Below are positions 51,735 to 54,745 of a stretch of 54,745 nt of DNA, one piece after another; within the stretch, counting starts at the first letter, position 1, and each line of letters opens with the position of its first letter. The translations under genes and the position numbers were made by a program. The stretch is from an uncultured Actinomycetes bacterium (GTDB taxonomy: Bacteria; Actinomycetota; Thermoleophilia; Miltoncostaeales; Miltoncostaeaceae). The stretch is taken from the NCBI GenBank assembly GCA_937871165.1, contig CALMXK010000149.1:1-54745 (forward strand). The letters are read 5' to 3'. The notes under the pieces are model-generated. The model searched no databases and was not told the DNA's origin. It was given only the letters and a program-made list of their open reading frames with translations.

Positions 51735-53009
51735 ATGACCAAGAGTCATCGCATGAAGGCGCTCGCCGCCGTCGCGGTGCTCGGCGTGGGCGCCGTTGCC
51801 GTGGGATGTGGCAGCAGCTCCGACACCGAATCGAGTGGGAAAGTCGGCGAGTTGAAGGTCGGCGTGCTCGTGCCGCTGACCGGTGATCTCTCGCCGTTCG
51901 GCGGGCCGAATGAGAAGGCCGCCAAGCTCGCGGGTGACACCGTCAACGCCGCCGCGACCAAGGCCGGAGTCGACCTGAAGATCACCGAGTTCGTTCAGGA
52001 CAGCAAGACCGATCCGCAGGGTGCCCAAGAAGGCGCGGAGAAACTCATCAGCTCGGACAAGGTCAACGTGCTCGCCGGACCGATGGCGAGCTCCGAGACG
52101 ATTCCTGTCGCCGAGAACATCTCGGTGACCGCCGGTGTTCCGCTGATCAGCCCTTCGGCGACGAACCCGGACATCACCAAGCTCGACGACAGCGGCCTCG
52201 TGTTTCGCACGCCGCCGTCGGACGCCCTTCAGGGCAAGGTGCTCGCGCAGGTCATCAGCGATGCAATCGGTGCTGACAAGACCGTCAACATCGGCGCGCG
52301 CAACGATCCGTACGGCAACGCGCTTGCCGGTGTCTTCGAAGAGGCATGGAAGGCCGGCGGCGGCACGATCGGCGCCAAGGTCGTCTACAACCCTGCAGCG
52401 GCGTCGCTGGACTCCGAAGCCGGCAAGCTGGCGGCGGGCAACCCCGACGCGTGGGTGGTCATCGACTTCCCCGACAGCTGGCAGAAGATGGGCCCCGCGC
52501 TTGCCCGCACCGGCAAGTGGAGCCCGGCCAAGACCTGGACCGTTGACGGACTGAAGTCCAACGACCTTCCGGAGAAGGCGGGCGTCAAGGTCACCGAAGG
52601 CATGCAGGGCACCGTCGCGACCAGCGCCGACGCGCCGGCCGGTGAGGCGTTCGACGACCTCTGGACCGCCCAGGTCAAGGATCCGCGCCAGACCTACGAC
52701 GCGCAGATGTTCGACGCTGTCGTGCTGTACGCGCTGGCTGCCGCCAGGGCGGGCTCCACGAACGGCGCCGACATCGCGGCGAAGCTGACCGAGGTCTCCG
52801 GCGCTCCTGGCACCAAGTACACGTTCGAGAATCTGGACGCTGCACTGAAGGCTGCCGCAGCCGGCGAGGACATCGACTACGAGGGCGCCTCAGGGCCCAT
52901 CGACTTCGATGCGAATGGCGATCCGGCGTCCGCGAGCTACGGCTTGTGGAGCTACAAGGATGGCAAGCTCGTCGAGAGCGACAAGGTGTTCCCAGTCGCC
53001 GGTTCCTGA
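51735..53009 (+). CDS. ABC transporter substrate-binding lipoprotein, LivJ/Peripla_BP_6-like (branched-chain amino acid type)
   Basis: Lipobox VAVGCGSS. LKVGVLVPLTGDLSPFGGP and VLAGPMASSETIPVAE are typical of type-I amino-acid-binding proteins. The ATG at 51735 follows AAGGGGG. Confidence 0.85.
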   Translation: MTKSHRMKALAAVAVLGVGAVAVGCGSSSDTESSGKVGELKVGVLVPLTGDLSPFGGPNEKAAKLAGDTVNAAATKAGVDLKITEFVQDSKTDPQGAQEGAEKLISSDKVNVLAGPMASSETIPVAENISVTAGVPLISPSATNPDITKLDDSGLVFRTPPSDALQGKVLAQVISDAIGADKTVNIGARNDPYGNALAGVFEEAWKAGGGTIGAKVVYNPAAASLDSEAGKLAAGNPDAWVVIDFPDSWQKMGPALARTGKWSPAKTWTVDGLKSNDLPEKAGVKVTEGMQGTVATSADAPAGEAFDDLWTAQVKDPRQTYDAQMFDAVVLYALAAARAGSTNGADIAAKLTEVSGAPGTKYTFENLDAALKAAAAGEDIDYEGASGPIDFDANGDPASASYGLWSYKDGKLVESDKVFPVAGS

Positions 53010-53065
53010 TCGACACGATCTGTTGTGGGGGTCCTTCGGGCCCCCACACGATCAGTCGGCTGCGG

Positions 53066-53827
53066 TCAGTGCCCGCCGCCCAGGTACAGCTCGGCCACCT
53101 GGGGATCGTTCAGAAGTTCCGACCCCTTGCCCGTGAAGCGGTTCTGACCGCTTTCGAGCACGTAGCCGCGATCGGCGAGACCGAGCGCGGCCTTGGCGTT
53201 CTGCTCGATCATCGCGATCGTGACGCCGCTCTCACTGACGGACCGGACGATCTCGAAGACCTCGCCGACTGCCTTCGGCGACAGCCCTGCCGACGGCTCG
53301 TCGAGTAGCAGCATCGTGGGTTCCGGCATCAGCGCGCGGGCCACGGCCAGCATCTGTCGCTCGCCACCGGACAGGCCCTCCGCCCGGTTTCGTCGCCGCT
53401 CGTGCAGTCGTGGGAACTGCGCGTACATGTGGTCGATGCGCTCGCGAACGTTGTGGCGCGAGTTCGCGCCGCCCATCTCGAGGTTCTCTTCGATCGTCAG
53501 CGACGGGAAGACGTTGTTCGACTGCGGCACGAAGCTCATTCCGAGCGCGCTGATCTGGTTTGGGGCCATGCCGGTGATGGGCTTCCCGCGAAGGGTGACG
53601 GAGCCTTCGCGCAATGGAACGAGCCCGAAGATGGCTTTGATGAGCGTGGATTTGCCGGCGCCGTTCGGCCCGATGACGACCACCACCTCACCGTCGCGAA
53701 CCACCAGGTTGCAGCCGCGCAGGATGTCGACCTCGGGGACGTAGCCGCCCACCAGGTTCTCGGCCTGCAACACGATGTCGCCCTCGTCGGGAGCCACCGA
53801 ATCGGGTGTCGGCTGCGGGATGCTCAT
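53066..53827 (-). CDS. livF: branched-chain amino acid ABC transporter ATP-binding protein (LivF-like)
   Basis: Walker A GPNGAGKST, signature LSGGERQML and Walker B LLLDEPS. Confidence 0.85.
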   Translation of the reverse strand: MSIPQPTPDSVAPDEGDIVLQAENLVGGYVPEVDILRGCNLVVRDGEVVVVIGPNGAGKSTLIKAIFGLVPLREGSVTLRGKPITGMAPNQISALGMSFVPQSNNVFPSLTIEENLEMGGANSRHNVRERIDHMYAQFPRLHERRRNRAEGLSGGERQMLAVARALMPEPTMLLLDEPSAGLSPKAVGEVFEIVRSVSESGVTIAMIEQNAKAALGLADRGYVLESGQNRFTGKGSELLNDPQVAELYLGGGH

Positions 53828-54600
53828 TCGCCGGCGCCCAGGTAGGCGTCGATGACACGCTGGTCCGAGCGGACCTTCTCCGGCACGTCCTGCATGATCA
53901 CGCGGCCCTCGCCCATGACGATGACCTCGTCGCTCGTGTCCATCACCACATCCATGTTGTGCTCGATGAAGAGGATCGTCAGACCGTCCTCCCGGCGCAA
54001 CCGGTCGAGATAGTCGAGCAGCTGCCGCCCCAGGGTGGGATTCACTCCGGCCATCGGCTCGTCGAGCATCACGAGCGACGGGCGCGTCATCAGGGCGCGC
54101 GCCATTTCCAGGAGCTTGCGCTGCCCTCCGGACATGGTGGCAGCGTAGTCACCCGCCTTTGCCTCCAGGCCCACTTCGTTCAACATGGCGACGGCGAGGT
54201 CGCGCACCTCGGCCTCACGGCCACGCCACCGGCGGGGCAGCATGGAGTGGCGAAGCCGCTCACCGGGCTGATCCGGGGCGGCGAGCATGACGTTGTCGAG
54301 CACCGTCATCTTGCCGAGCACACGCGTCAGCTGGAACGTGCGGACCATGCCCCTGCGTGCTCGCTCGTCCGAGCGCAGGGATGTGATGTCGTCGCCGTTG
54401 AACTCCACACGTCCCGCATCGGTGGTCTCGAAGCCGGTCACCAGATTGAACGCGGTGGTCTTGCCGGCGCCGTTTGGCCCGATGAGCGAGGTGATGGTGC
54501 CACGGCGCACGTCGAAGGTGGCGCCGTCGACGGCCTTGACCCCGCCGAAGTGGCGCACCAGGTTCTCTGCGCGAAGAATCGGCGTTTCGTCACCCGTCAA
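53824..54600 (-). CDS. livG: branched-chain amino acid ABC transporter ATP-binding protein (LivG-like)
   Basis: Walker A GPNGAGKTT, signature MSGGQRKLLEMARAL and Walker B VMLDEPMAG. TTG start. Confidence 0.85.
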   Translation of the reverse strand: MTGDETPILRAENLVRHFGGVKAVDGATFDVRRGTITSLIGPNGAGKTTAFNLVTGFETTDAGRVEFNGDDITSLRSDERARRGMVRTFQLTRVLGKMTVLDNVMLAAPDQPGERLRHSMLPRRWRGREAEVRDLAVAMLNEVGLEAKAGDYAATMSGGQRKLLEMARALMTRPSLVMLDEPMAGVNPTLGRQLLDYLDRLRREDGLTILFIEHNMDVVMDTSDEVIVMGEGRVIMQDVPEKVRSDQRVIDAYLGAGE

Positions 54601-54676
54601 GGTGCAGCTCCTCCTTCTTGCCGAAGAGCCCCTGCGGGCGAAACGCCATGATCGCCATGATGATCAGCCCGACCAC
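54590..54676 (-). CDS. branched-chain amino acid ABC permease (LivM/LivH-like), C-terminal fragment cut off by adapter sequence
   Basis: My own minus-strand translation gives VVGLIIMAIMAFRPQGLFGKKEELHLDG*. RPQGLFG is the usual C-terminal motif of Liv permeases. Confidence 0.6.
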   Translation of the reverse strand: MVGLIIMAIMAFRPQGLFGKKEELHLDG

Positions 54677-54745
54677 CTGTCTCTTATACACATCTCCGAG
54701 CCCACGAGACTAAGGCGAATCTCGTATGCCGTCTTCTGCTTGAAA
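54677..54745 (+). other. Illumina Nextera adapter read-through (non-biological)
   Basis: CTGTCTCTTATACACATCT + CCGAGCCCACGAGAC + TAAGGCGA (i7 index N701) + ATCTCGTATGCCGTCTTCTGCTTG + AAA matches the transposase mosaic end and i7 adapter exactly. Confidence 0.97.

Overview
GC-rich, Actinomycetota-like chromosomal contig from a draft or metagenome assembly; the last 69 nt are an Illumina Nextera adapter. I support about 40 protein genes. I recognised no rRNA, tRNA, CRISPR array, transposase or integrase. Layout: (1) 1-3.9 kb: an edge fragment of RF3, small membrane proteins, a CrtI-like FAD oxidoreductase and a membrane-anchored repeat protein. (2) 4.0-14.8 kb: a compact glycerol/dihydroxyacetone locus, with glpA-glpB-glpC-dhaM (EIIA-HPr-EI fusion) on the minus strand divergent from glpF-dhaK-dhaL-glpK. 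(3) 14.8-23.2 kb: a mixed, accessory-looking set (secreted metallophosphoesterase-TolB fusion, Zn-ribbon hypothetical, threonine aldolase, Zn-ADH, YcaQ/AlkZ-like protein, secreted dioxygenase-fold lipoprotein) whose intergenic regions carry one palindrome family. (4) gltBD, an AspT/YidE-type transporter and clpS. (5) A small membrane/Zn-ribbon gene bracketed by two copies of a 39-bp palindrome, then a lipoate-ligase-like gene coupled to a 1414-aa E2o-E1o (OdhA/Kgd-like) fusion that keeps two lipoyl domains. (6) MMPL, MFS, GST, DUF3224 and hemE. (7) Three tandem paralogous secreted adhesin-like genes. (8) glgC-glgA and a Liv-type ABC system. I did not recognise a defence system, toxin-antitoxin pair or biosynthetic cluster. 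The most unusual items are the two dispersed palindrome families, the adhesin triad, the E2o-E1o fusion, the Cys/His tail on the DhaM fusion, a 3 x 20 bp tandem repeat over the dhaK start, and the assembly artefacts at both contig ends. All calls come from reading the ORF translations and the DNA by eye; no database search was run.
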